This document shows, piece by piece, positions 52,221 to 62,223 of a DNA stretch of 64,000 bases. Made by a program: the position numbers and the translations under genes. The DNA lies in assembly GCA_963823665.1 (NCBI GenBank), contig CAWGMQ010000004.1, forward strand, positions 2,720,001 through 2,784,000. Reading direction: 5' to 3'. Within the stretch, counting starts at the first letter, position 1. Each line of letters opens with the position of its first letter. The notes below the pieces were generated by a model. The model saw nothing but the letters and a program-made list of their open reading frames with translations, was not told the origin of the DNA and ran no database searches. The DNA is from an uncultured Planctomycetota bacterium. Lineage in GTDB: Bacteria > Planctomycetota > Planctomycetia > Isosphaerales > Isosphaeraceae.

Positions 52221-53587
52221 TTGCCGGCCCCTTCGTGCCTGATGATCTCGAGGGCACCTTGAACAGAATCTTCGAGCACCGACCAGGCCAGCCCCTTGTC
52301 TTCGTGGCGGTCGGCGAGGTGGCGCAGATTGAAGACCTGCTTGCTTTCCTCTTCCGGCCCTACGATCACCGCCAGCTTGTGGCCCCGCGCCGAACCGTAT
52401 CCCATTTGCTTGCCGATCGAAATCGCGTCTGGATATACCTCGGCGGCGATGCCGGTCGCGCGCAGCCGCGCCGCCATGCTGAACGCGACGACAGGATTGG
52501 TGCCCGGAAAGCTCGCGACCAGGACCTGCGCGGTTGTTGCACGCGACGAAAGCTTGCCGGCTTCCTCGAGCAGCGCCATCAGTCGATCCAGTCCGATCGA
52601 AGCGCCGACGCCGGGCAAACGGCGGGGCGTGAAGAGGCTGGCAAGGTTGTCGTATCTTCCACCCGAAGCCACGCTGCCGAATTTCTCCCAGCCATTGATC
52701 GTGGTCTCGAATACGATGCCCGTGTAGTAGTCAAGCCCGCGGGCAAGACCGAGATCGATTGCGATGTGATCTCGCGGAACGAGGGCGGCCTCGAGAAGCT
52801 CAACAACCGTCTTGAGATTTGCTATGCCCAGAAGGGCACCAGGGCTGCTTTCGAGGGCAGTCCGGGCCTGGTCCAGTACCTCGACTCCGCCGCGGGAGGA
52901 ATCGGTGAAAGCGAGAACGTTCGCGGCTTTTTCCTCGGACAGGCCGGCGCCGCCGGATCCATCGCTGCGCATGAGCTCTTCGGTCACGGCAGTACGACCG
53001 ATCTTCGCCAGCTTGTCCAGTGCACGGAGCACCGGGGCGCTCTTGCCCGAAAGGCCCTCCCGCTCGAGGAAGCCGTCGAGGATCTTGCGGTGATTGAGGG
53101 TGATCGTGAAGTCGGGAACTCCGGCCGCGGCAAGCGCCGAGTAAATCACCTGCGCCGTTTCGGCGTCGGCCAGGACGCTCTCGGTGCCGATCGTGTCGAA
53201 GTCGCACTGGACGAATTCGCGAAACCGGCCCTTTGCCGGGCGCTCGCCGCGAAAAACCGAGCCGATCGCGTACCGCTTGAACGGAACACCGAGCTCGTCG
53301 ATGTGCTTGGCGACGAACCGGGCGAGCGGGACGGTCAAGTCGAATCGCAAGGCCAGCTCGCCGGGCGTGCCGCCCTTGTTGGTGACCTCGAAGATCTGCC
53401 TCAGCACTTCGTCGGACCCGGCTCCCTTGCCGGTCAAGACCTCCATTCGCTCGATGTGGGGCGATTCGATCGGCAGGAAGCCGAAGCTCGAGAAGACCTG
53501 GCGGAATAGCCCGAGCATTCGCTCGCGGGGGATCATCACCGCGGGAGTGAGGTCTCGCAATCCGCTGGCCACTCTGGGGTCGATCAT
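52217..53587 (-). CDS. hisS: histidine--tRNA ligase
   Basis: ALRFDLTVPLAR, VFRGERPAKGRFREF.QCDFD, LARGLDYYTG, GGRYDNL and GLDRL motifs, plus a C-terminal anticodon-binding domain. Confidence 0.97.
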   Translation of the reverse strand: MIDPRVASGLRDLTPAVMIPRERMLGLFRQVFSSFGFLPIESPHIERMEVLTGKGAGSDEVLRQIFEVTNKGGTPGELALRFDLTVPLARFVAKHIDELGVPFKRYAIGSVFRGERPAKGRFREFVQCDFDTIGTESVLADAETAQVIYSALAAAGVPDFTITLNHRKILDGFLEREGLSGKSAPVLRALDKLAKIGRTAVTEELMRSDGSGGAGLSEEKAANVLAFTDSSRGGVEVLDQARTALESSPGALLGIANLKTVVELLEAALVPRDHIAIDLGLARGLDYYTGIVFETTINGWEKFGSVASGGRYDNLASLFTPRRLPGVGASIGLDRLMALLEEAGKLSSRATTAQVLVASFPGTNPVVAFSMAARLRATGIAAEVYPDAISIGKQMGYGSARGHKLAVIVGPEEESKQVFNLRHLADRHEDKGLAWSVLEDSVQGALEIIRHEGAGK

Positions 53588-54625
53588 GGTTTGTCCATTC
53601 TCGAGGGAGGCGACACGTGCAGGCTTCCCGGGCGGGAGGCATACTGTCCGCCGCTGTCCGCCGCGATCCGCTTGAGGTGGTCGCCGGCCAGGCCGCCGGC
53701 CAGATCGATGCAATGAATCGGAACCTTGCGAACGTTCTGCTTGGCGACCTCGTCGACGGTGCCCTCGGGAAACTCACCGTCGGAGAGCAGGAAGACGGCA
53801 TCGGGCTTGAGCGAGATCGCCTGCTTGATGGCGAGCCTGGGGTCGGTTCCGCCGTCGGGCTCGATCACCCGGAGCCAGGCAATCAACTGATTTTTTGCCT
53901 GGAGTGTCGGCCGTCCTGGGTCTGGGCCCGCCCGGCATGGGAATCGACTCGTGGTTGTAGAAGATCACCTCAAACTTCTGCGGCTCGTGGAGCGAAAGGA
54001 CGCTGTGCCTGAGCTCGAGCGTCGCGCGGGTGAGGCGATCGTCGTCGACCATGCTGCCGGAACAGTCCACGACGTAGATGAAGAACTGGCCGCGGGCACG
54101 GATGCCGAAGAACGTCGTCTTCCGCCAAGCCGGAAGCTCGTACCAATCGGAATCATCGCTGTAGCGATCTTCCGGTGAGCTGCCGGGCGGCTGGAGGAAA
54201 GCACTCCGAGGCTTCTTCATCTCGTCCTGGGTGAGGACACGAATCTCGGTGTCGCGGTTCGATTTTGCGGCTTTGCTCCCGGCGGCTTTCGCTTGTTTCT
54301 TGGCCTTGCCCGGCTTGCGGGCCGCCGAGCTCGATTCGCTCTCACCGGTCGCCTTGGCTGTTCCGACTGCCTTCTTCGACTCGGAACCAGCAGCGCCCTT
54401 GGCGTCGGCCTTCTTCTCGTTTGATTTTGAATCGGTTGAGGCGCCTTTCTCCTGAGTCTCTCGCTCAGAGTGCGCCGGAGCGGCGGTTGCGCCGTCATCC
54501 GCAGCCGGGCTGGCAATCGCCGTCATTAAGCCGATGACAATGACCCAGACCACGGATACAACTCCGGAAAAGGCATACTCCACAATCGAGACGAGTTTAC
54601 CACAATGGACAAGTGCCGTGCGCAT
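53584..54625 (-). CDS. von Willebrand factor A domain protein; frameshift at ~53900
   Basis: FFGI, YVVDCSGSM (MIDAS DxSxS), GGTDP, FLLSDGEF and LKRIAADSGGQY motifs; its stop overlaps the hisS ATG. Confidence 0.85.
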
Positions 54626-55068
54626 CTGTGCGTTCCGGGTAATATAGAGACGATTGCGGTCCTTGACTCCGATTGCTAACACGCGGACTCAATGCTCCCA
54701 CTTTGCTTCCTTCTGTCCAACCAAACCTGCCTTCACCGGAGACATAACAAGCCTGCGAACATAGATGCATCCAAGATCGCTTGTTCGCGATCCCGAATGC
54801 CGGCGGTAGCGTCTGGGTGCGACCGGTCCGTCGTGCTGGCGCGATCGTGATCGCATCGGCCGCCTGAACGCTCGATCCAAATCGCTCTATCTTTTCTATA
54901 TGTTTTCGGTTATCATCGAAAGCTGGTTGGTCTGTCGCCCTGGCTCGAAGAGAGCCCTGACTTGGATCGGTGCCTCGCCTTCCCCACCGACAGGCCTCGT
55001 TGTCCGTTCGTCTTTCGACCCTTCCGCTCTTCCAGTGGGTCGCGTCGCATTCGCCCAGGAGTTCAGCG

Positions 55069-55464
55069 GTGGGCAAGAAGCTTTACGTAGGCAATCTGTC
55101 GTATGGGGTCAGTAATTCCGCCTTGGAACAGTTGTTCTCGCAATTCGGCACCGTGCAGAGTGCGCAGGTGATCCAGGATCGTGCGACGGGCCGGAGCAAG
55201 GGCTTTGGTTTCGTCGAGATGGACAACGACGCTCAGGCTCAGGCTGCGATCGACGGGCTTCACGAAAGGGAGGTCGATGGTCGTCGCCTGACTGTTAACG
55301 AAGCCCGGCCGCGCGAGGATCGTGGCGGAGGCGGTGGTGGTGGGGGTGGCTACGGCGGCGGCGGCGGCGGAAGTCGCGGAGGTCGCGGAGGCGGCGGGGG
55401 TGGCTACGGCGGGGGTGGCGGCGGCGGCGGTTACGGCGGTGGCGGCGGAGGCCGCCGGTACTGA
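55069..55464 (+). CDS. RRM RNA-binding protein with glycine-rich tail
   Basis: KLYVGNL (RNP2), KGFGFVEM (RNP1), LTVNEARP and GGG/RGG tail; AGGAG RBS before the GTG start. Confidence 0.96.
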   Translation: MGKKLYVGNLSYGVSNSALEQLFSQFGTVQSAQVIQDRATGRSKGFGFVEMDNDAQAQAAIDGLHEREVDGRRLTVNEARPREDRGGGGGGGGGYGGGGGGSRGGRGGGGGGYGGGGGGGGYGGGGGGRRY

Positions 55465-55517
55465 TCGATCGTCCCGGATGCCCTTCACTTGGACACAAGG
55501 CGCACCGGTCAACGAGC

Positions 55518-55556
55518 CGCTGTGCACGTGCGAGCTGCGCACTCACAGCGAGTTTT
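55518..55556 (+). terminator. possible intrinsic terminator / 3' hairpin after the RRM gene
   Basis: CGCTGTG...GTGCG-N5-CGCAC...CACAGCG stem followed by AGTTTT. Confidence 0.35.
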
Positions 55557-55648
55557 CTACCGATGCCTTCGTAGCCGCTTGGCGTGCCGCAGACCACGCG
55601 GTTGCATGTCGATCCTTCCCTATCCTCATCCTGTATGGAAAACCTCGG

Positions 55649-55955
55649 ATGAATCCCAAGCACTTTCACACACCGGTTTCCACTCGGCTGCGCTGCCCGA
55701 TTTGCCACCAGCCCGTCTACTCGCGTGGCGGTATTCATCCCGCAGTGCGCGATGCGGCAAGCCGAGCCCGCGCTGCACGAGCCGGAAGAAGCGCTTGAAA
55801 TCGTTGCCGAGGACCAGAAGGCGGCACTGCCTGTCGTCCCTGCGGTCGCTGTACCCAAGATCAAAACGGCCGCCCGCCCCGTATCCACGTCTGTTACTGG
55901 TGGCAAGGTCCGACCCGTTGCTGCGCCAGTCGGCGCTGGCAAGGCCGGCCGCTAG
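55649..55955 (+). CDS. small CCHC-type zinc-finger-like protein; frameshift at ~55741
   Basis: CPICHQPVYSRGGIHP joins QCAMRQ in the next frame, giving C-x2-C-x11-H-x2-C. Confidence 0.6.
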
Positions 55956-56042
55956 ACGGCTTCTCGCGATTCGTGTCGGGCGAGGCAACCGGGTATGCCG
56001 CGCTGGCGGAGCCGGTGGCACGCAACCGGCGACTTCGGCGGA

Positions 56043-56072
56043 CGGCACGCGGAGTGTGCCTGCTACACCGGA
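56043..56072 (-). repeat. GTAG-type REP element family A, copy 2
   Basis: CGGCACGCGGAGTGTGCCTGCTACACCGGA; one mismatch to 46327-46356. Confidence 0.85.
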
Positions 56073-56296
56073 CCGGTGGCACCCAGGCCGGTCTCGTAAT
56101 CGTGCGACGCTATTTTGGTCGCATCGCGGGCCGGTTCATCTTACCAGCCTCGTTGACCGTTTCATCTTTCCAGCCTCTAGGATCGCTCATCTGTCTTCTA
56201 TAGAATAAAGAGCGATTTGCAGGATCATTCACCGGCGAGGAAGCAAGAACGAAGGGCACCCGTCAGAATGGCGGGTGGCACGCGGAGAGGCTGCGC

Positions 56297-57126
56297 ATGC
56301 TGGCCAAGCGGATCATCCCTTGCCTCGATGTCGATCATGGCCGTGTGGTCAAGGGGACCAACTTCAAGAACCTCAAGGATGCGGGCGACCCTGTCGCCGT
56401 GGCCGCGCGTTATGATGAAGAGGGCGCGGACGAGTTGGTCTTTCTGGACATCACCGCCAGTCACGAGGGGCGGGCGATCTTGCTGGACGTGGTCTCGTCG
56501 AACCGCCGAGGTATGCTTCATGCCGCTGACAGTCGGCGGCGGCATTCGGAGTCTGGACGACATCCGGATGCTGTTGAACGCGGGGGCAGACAAGGTCTCG
56601 ATCAACTCGGCGGCGGTGCGTGACCCGGCTCTGGTGCGACAGGCAGCTCGCCGGTTCGGCAGTCAGTGCATCGTTGTGAACATCGACCCCAAGCGAGTCA
56701 ATCGCGATGGACGTCTAGTATGGGAGGTGTTCATTAACGGGGGCCGGGTTGCAACCGGGCTCGAGGCGGTCGCGTGGGCCCGCGAAGTCGAGCAGTCCGG
56801 CGCCGGAGAGATTGTTCTGACCAGCATGGACTGCGACGGTACTCAGAACGGGTATGACCTGGAGATGACGCGGGCCGTGGTTGAAAGCGTGGAAATCCCG
56901 GTCGTGGCTTCGGGAGGGGCCGGCAACCCCGAGCACTTGCGAGCGGTGCTTGACCGAGGCCGGAGCCAGCGCCGCACTCGCCGCGAGCATTTTCCACTAC
57001 GAGCGCTACTCGATCCGCGAGACGAAGGAATACCTGGCGAGCCGGGGCGTGCCGGTTCGAATCACCGACTTGAAGAAGCCGCAGACGTTCCGCAAACTTA
57101 ATCATGAAAGCTGCTCCATTCCCTGA
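56297..57126 (+). CDS. hisF: imidazole glycerol phosphate synthase cyclase subunit; frameshifts at ~56495 and ~56953
   Basis: [63 protein letters not shown] and AALAASIFH motifs. Confidence 0.95.
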
Positions 57127-57168
57127 AGCTAATTCTCGAGTCCTGGCAACCGAAGGAGTGCAATCTCC

Positions 57169-58327
57169 ATGGCGACGGTCGCTGAAGCACCCGTTGATGC
57201 AATGCCCGATGAGCCCGAGGCGAACAAGCTGTTCCGGATGGTGATGCGATTCAAGGGCTCGGACCTTCACCTCAAGGTGGGGATGGCGCCGGCCATGCGC
57301 CTGGCCGGAGTGCTGCGGCTCATGCAGCTTCCCGCCGCTCACAGGGTCCGAGATGGAACGGCTGATGTTTCCCCTGCTGAGCGTGCGCCAGAAGACCATC
57401 CTCGACGATACCGGCGGCATCGACTTCGCGCACATCATCTTCGAACCTAACGGCGACGAGACCCGGTTCCGAGTCAACCTGTTCAAACAGCGCGGCCGCT
57501 TGAGCCTGGTGGCCCGCCGTGTGAACACCTCGATTCCGGATTTCGAGGGGCTGGGCCTTCCCCCGGTCATGGGCGAGATCGCCAGCCACGATCAAGGAAT
57601 CGTCATCCTGGCGGGCGTCACGGGCTCGGGTAAATCGACGAGCATCGCGGCGATGCTCCAGTACGTGAACACGCGCGAGCGTTGCCACATCGTCACGATT
57701 GAAGACCCGATCGAATTCACATTCAAGGACGACAAGTGCATCATCAATCAGCGTGAGGTGGGGATCGATGTCGTCAACTGGGATACGGCGCTCAAGCATG
57801 CCGTCCGCCAGGACCCGGACATCATCCTGGTGGGTGAGATGCGTGATCGCGAGACATTCAACGCGGCAATGCATGCGGCCGAGACCGGCCACCTGGTGTT
57901 CGGGACCATCCATGCCTCGACCGCTCCTTCGACGATCAGCCGTATTCTCGATCTCTTCCCGCAGGACATGCACAACGCGATGCGGCAGAACCTCGCCTTC
58001 AATCTCAAGGCGATCGTCGCGCAGAAGCTGCTGCCCACCACCAAGGACTGGGCGGCTGCCACCGGCCAGACGCGAGCGCCGCTCGTGGAAGTCATGCGAA
58101 TGAATCCGACCGTGAAGAAATTGATCCTCCAGGAAGAAGACATCAAGCTGGCGCAGGCGATCCGGCTGGGCAAGGAAGAAGGAATGGTCGATTTTACTGA
58201 GAGCTTGCGGCAGCTCGTCGTGGCTGAGAAGGTGGAACGCGCCGTCGCCTTCGAAAACGCACCCAACCCCGAGCTGCTGCGAATGGCGCTCAAGGGCATC
58301 ACGCTTCCCGAACAAGGCATCCTGTGA
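57169..58327 (+). CDS. pilT: type IV pilus retraction ATPase (PilT/PilU family); frameshift at ~57332
   Basis: SDLHLKVG, RFRVNLF, GVTGSGKST, TIEDPIEF, QREVG, RQDPDIILVGEMRD and AETGHLVFGTIH motifs. Confidence 0.9.
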
Positions 58328-58380
58328 TTCAAGCTGGCCGCGTCCCGATTGGTCGCGACGCTCCGTTAGAAAGGTGAGCA

Positions 58381-60135
58381 ATGTACCGCCTGTTCCCGGC
58401 GCTCCTGGCATTTCTTGTTCTGACCTTGTTCGCCGTCACGGCGACGCAGGCGGCAGAGCCAGTCTCGGATTTCTTGATGCTGGCCCAGATTCCGCACATG
58501 ACGCGCGGGCCGGGGATGTACCTCAACCTTTTCAAGTTCGTTCCGGTGGTGATCATCTACATTCTCTGGGCGTGGACGACCAACTGGGTCGAACACGACA
58601 CGAAGGAGCTCATCAACCTTCGCTTCGCCGTCTGGAACAGCGCGGTGTTCTTTTCCGGTGTGCTTGGGCTGGCGCTCGTGCTGGCGATTCCGATCTACTT
58701 CATCGGGCTTGGTCTCTTGCTGCTGGCGTATTTCGTGCCACTCATGTCGTACATTTACGCCCGCAATCAGACCGTGCCCGACGACCAGAAGGTGCTCACG
58801 CCGTATCACCTTGGGGAAGTGTGCAACGACATCTTGCACAAGCTGGGAATGAAGGCGCTCTTCAACAAGGACGTCGGCACGGTCGACCGCTCCGGGCCGC
58901 CGATCGTGTTCGTGGGCAAGACCCAGGGCTCAGCCAAGGAAGATCCGACGCGCGTTCGCCAGGCCGAGGAATCCCGGTCGTACATGGCCGCCAAGGAACT
59001 GGTCTACGACGCGGTCCTGCGGCGCTCGACCGACATCCACCTGGAGCCCACCACCGAGCAGCTTTCGGTGCGGTACCGGATCGACGGCATTCTGCACGCC
59101 GCCGAGCCGTTCGACCGGCCGACCGGAGATGCCGTGGTGAACGTATTCAAGGTGCTCTCGGCGATGGACATCTCGGAGAAGCGCAAGCCCCAGGACGGCT
59201 CGTTCGGCGCGACTCTGGCAGGGCGCAGCCTCGATTTCCGCGTGGCGACATCGGGGTCGAAAGCGGGCGAGAAGCTGGTGATGCGAATCCTGGACAACAG
59301 CTCGTCCGTGACCAAGATGGAAGACCTGGGAATGCGGCCGAAGCTGATCGAGCAGGTGCGCGGCCTGGTTACCCAGCCTCACGGAATGTTCCTCTGCTGC
59401 GGCCCGACCGGCGCCGGCAAATCGACGACGCTGTACGCCGCGCTTCGCGAAATCGATCGTTACCAGAAGAACATCATCACGGTCGAAGACCCGATCGAGT
59501 ACCAGCTCGACAACGTCACGCAGATGGAGGTGAACACCAAGGCTGGGCAGACGTTTGCCACGAGCCTGCGCTCGATCCTGCGCCAGGATCCGGACGTCAT
59601 CATGATCGGCGAAATCCGCGATCAAGAGACTGCTTCGATCGCCTGCCAGGCTGCCAACACCGGGCACATGGTGTTCTCGACCGTTCACTCCAACGACGCG
59701 GTGACGGCCTTGTTCCGGTTGCTCGACCTGGGTGTCGAGCCGTTCATGATCGCGTCGGCGCTTTCCGGGGTGCTCGGCCAGCGGTTGGTGCGGCTGCTCT
59801 GTGAAGCATGTAAGGAGCCGTACAAGCCCAAGCCGGAATTCTTGAAGAAAGCGAATCTGCCCGCGGACAAGGTCGACGTTTTCTATCGGCGGCCCGAGAA
59901 TCCCGAGGAGGTTTGCCAGCAATGCGGCGGCACGGGCTACTTCGGCCGTACCGGCATCTACGAGCTACTGGTGCTGACGGAGGCCATGCGCGAGATGATC
60001 CGCGAGAATCCATCGATCAACAAGATCAAGGCCGAGGCCCGCAAAGCGGGCATGATTTATCTGCAAGAGGACGGTCTGCGCCAGGTGATCCAGGGCCGCA
60101 CCTCGATCGAAGAACTGCTGCGAGTTGTCAAATAA
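58381..60135 (+). CDS. GspE/PilB-family secretion ATPase with N-terminal transmembrane segments
   Basis: TDIHLEP, RYRIDG, PQDG, GPTGAGKSTT, TVEDPIEY and LRQDPD motifs, CxxC...CxxC and GRTGIYE; hydrophobic helices in the first ~125 aa. Confidence 0.93.
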   Translation: MYRLFPALLAFLVLTLFAVTATQAAEPVSDFLMLAQIPHMTRGPGMYLNLFKFVPVVIIYILWAWTTNWVEHDTKELINLRFAVWNSAVFFSGVLGLALVLAIPIYFIGLGLLLLAYFVPLMSYIYARNQTVPDDQKVLTPYHLGEVCNDILHKLGMKALFNKDVGTVDRSGPPIVFVGKTQGSAKEDPTRVRQAEESRSYMAAKELVYDAVLRRSTDIHLEPTTEQLSVRYRIDGILHAAEPFDRPTGDAVVNVFKVLSAMDISEKRKPQDGSFGATLAGRSLDFRVATSGSKAGEKLVMRILDNSSSVTKMEDLGMRPKLIEQVRGLVTQPHGMFLCCGPTGAGKSTTLYAALREIDRYQKNIITVEDPIEYQLDNVTQMEVNTKAGQTFATSLRSILRQDPDVIMIGEIRDQETASIACQAANTGHMVFSTVHSNDAVTALFRLLDLGVEPFMIASALSGVLGQRLVRLLCEACKEPYKPKPEFLKKANLPADKVDVFYRRPENPEEVCQQCGGTGYFGRTGIYELLVLTEAMREMIRENPSINKIKAEARKAGMIYLQEDGLRQVIQGRTSIEELLRVVK

Positions 60136-60235
60136 TGAGCCGCACGACAATCGTGCGAATAGCAAAGTCGACCAGGATAGGGTGTTCAGCACCTCTGCGA
60201 TTCAAAGATCGGACCCAACTAGCGAGGTCATCCGC

Positions 60236-60961
60236 ATGAAGTTGCTCATCGATTTCATCATCCTGTTCCTGGCGCTGGGCATGGCCTACGCCCTGGTGAG
60301 TGAAGGACTCTGGGGCGCGGCCTTGATGTTCTTCAACGTACTCTTCGCCGCGATGATCGCGTTCAATTTTTATGAGCCGCTCGCTAGATTGCTCGATTCG
60401 ACCGGAATCAACTGGGGGTTCTCCGACACGCTTTGCATGCTCGGTTTATTCTGCGTAGCGCTCGTGGTCTTGCGGATGACGACCGAGACGATTGCGCCGG
60501 CCATGGTGAGGTTTCCAATGCCCGTCTATCATGCCGGCCGGATCATCTTTGGGCTGGCCGGCGGAGCGGTGACCACCGCCGTCATCGTTCTGGCGTTCCA
60601 TGCAGCGCCCGTTCACAAGAAGATCTTCAACGCGGTTGATTACAAATCGAAACCGCCGTTTGGTTTAGGTCTCGACCACCTGTGGCTGGGGTTCTTCCAG
60701 TATGAAACGGGGGCAGTCTTCTCGAACACGGGGTACGGCCGTCCCGATCCTTACCGCACGTATGGACAGGGGGGGCGAGTGAACGTGTTTGATCCCAGGG
60801 CGGTATGGCTACTCGATCATTATGATGCCAGGCCATATGGAACGGGTTCGTCGGTCAGCGGTGGTGGTGAAGACACGCCCGAGGCACCGCCTCCCACGAC
60901 CCCAGGCGGCGGAGGCGGCGGCCGTGCCGGTGGCCGAGGTGGCGGGGCGGCGCCGCCGTGA
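60236..60961 (+). CDS. CvpA-like membrane protein
   Basis: Four TM helices, EGLWGA...A..IAFNFYEPLA, and a G.IFG..GG motif. Confidence 0.7.
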   Translation: MKLLIDFIILFLALGMAYALVSEGLWGAALMFFNVLFAAMIAFNFYEPLARLLDSTGINWGFSDTLCMLGLFCVALVVLRMTTETIAPAMVRFPMPVYHAGRIIFGLAGGAVTTAVIVLAFHAAPVHKKIFNAVDYKSKPPFGLGLDHLWLGFFQYETGAVFSNTGYGRPDPYRTYGQGGRVNVFDPRAVWLLDHYDARPYGTGSSVSGGGEDTPEAPPPTTPGGGGGGRAGGRGGGAAPP

Positions 60962-61021
60962 TCGGGCACCGGGTGGGACTACCGTGCGCGAGGCGACAAG
61001 ACGACCACGTTCGTGCGAGGG

Positions 61022-62041
61022 TCATTGGTTCGTCTGTGCCGCCGCGCTCGGAGTGAGGTAGGGCTTCATCTGCACGAGCTCGAATTTCGAGCGGGCGGAG
61101 TGCCCGGTTGTCTGCTGAATGTTTAGGCGGTAAACCCCGATTTGATTGCTCGTTGTTTCAATGACGTAAAGAGGCGCCTGTCCGGCAGTGCCGGGGCCCA
61201 GCGATCCGGTGGACATGAGAAAACGGGGGCGTGGGCCGCGATCGAAGTCGACCTTGAAGTCGGCGGCCAGGTCGCGCTCGACGAAGGATTCGATGATCGT
61301 CGTTGATTGCGGCGATTTCTGGTATACAGGAAGTGACGCCCGCAAGCGCCGGGCTTTGTAGTCGAGGATGTAGAGCGCGTCGAGCGGGACTGCTGCCTTG
61401 GTCGACTGGTCGTAGCTAACCAGGACCGGTCCGGTCATCATGATTGACTTCCCGACGTGGTCGGTGCCCTCGTCTTTACTCTCTTTGCTGGCCGGGTCGT
61501 CTTTACTGGCCGCGCTCGCGTTGTCATACGCCTTCAACTGCAAGAGCTCGAACTTCGGCCGGCCAGACTTGCCGGTTGAACCCGGAGCGCCGAAGCCGTA
61601 GACACCGATCTGAGTGGTGGTGGTCTCGATCACGTACAGGGGAGACCAACCGGAAGTGTACGGCCCGAGCGAGCCCGTCGTCATGAGGAAGTGAGGGCGT
61701 GCGCCGCGATCGAGATCGATCTTGAAGTCTGAGGCCAGGTCGCGCTCGACGAACGAGTCGATGATCGTCGTGGAGTGAGTCGATTGGCGGTATGTTGGCA
61801 GCGACGCCCGCAACCGGCCGTTCTTGTAATCAAGGATGTACAGGGCCTCGAGGGGGATCGGCGCCTTGGTCGCCTCGTCGTAACGAACGGACAGAGGGCC
61901 GGTTGCCATGATCATTTCACCCGCGCGGTCGACACCGTCGGCAAATAGCGTGGCCGATGGAACGAAGGTCAAGAACGGGCCCGCGATGAGGGCGAGGAGC
62001 AGAAGGGACGTGCGCGCAAGGCGCGAATAACAGACGCTCAT
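61022..62041 (-). CDS. exported hypothetical protein made of two tandem homologous domains
   Basis: Signal-like N-terminus; two ~125-aa copies (ALYILDYK..RLRASLP, FVERDLA.DFK.D, PLYVIETT) with a 468-bp period. Confidence 0.85.
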   Translation of the reverse strand: MSVCYSRLARTSLLLLALIAGPFLTFVPSATLFADGVDRAGEMIMATGPLSVRYDEATKAPIPLEALYILDYKNGRLRASLPTYRQSTHSTTIIDSFVERDLASDFKIDLDRGARPHFLMTTGSLGPYTSGWSPLYVIETTTTQIGVYGFGAPGSTGKSGRPKFELLQLKAYDNASAASKDDPASKESKDEGTDHVGKSIMMTGPVLVSYDQSTKAAVPLDALYILDYKARRLRASLPVYQKSPQSTTIIESFVERDLAADFKVDFDRGPRPRFLMSTGSLGPGTAGQAPLYVIETTSNQIGVYRLNIQQTTGHSARSKFELVQMKPYLTPSAAAQTNQ

Positions 62042-62223
62042 GACTCGTCGACTCCTTTCATGATCCGGTCTATCGATAATCCGGTACTCCGACCGGAGCC
62101 GGCCAGACAGCGTTTCCTCAAGCGGCACCCTGGCCTGGGCGCCTGGGCGTGCATTGTGCGACGATGGATAAATTGCGTCCAGCCCAACAGGCGGATGAAT
62201 GCGGGGCGGAAGGGATTACGAGC

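Noticed and set aside
50956..57126. hisZ and hisF as true pseudogenes (histidine auxotrophy)
   Set aside because: Motifs are intact and indels are equally frequent in unrelated genes, so sequencing error is more parsimonious.
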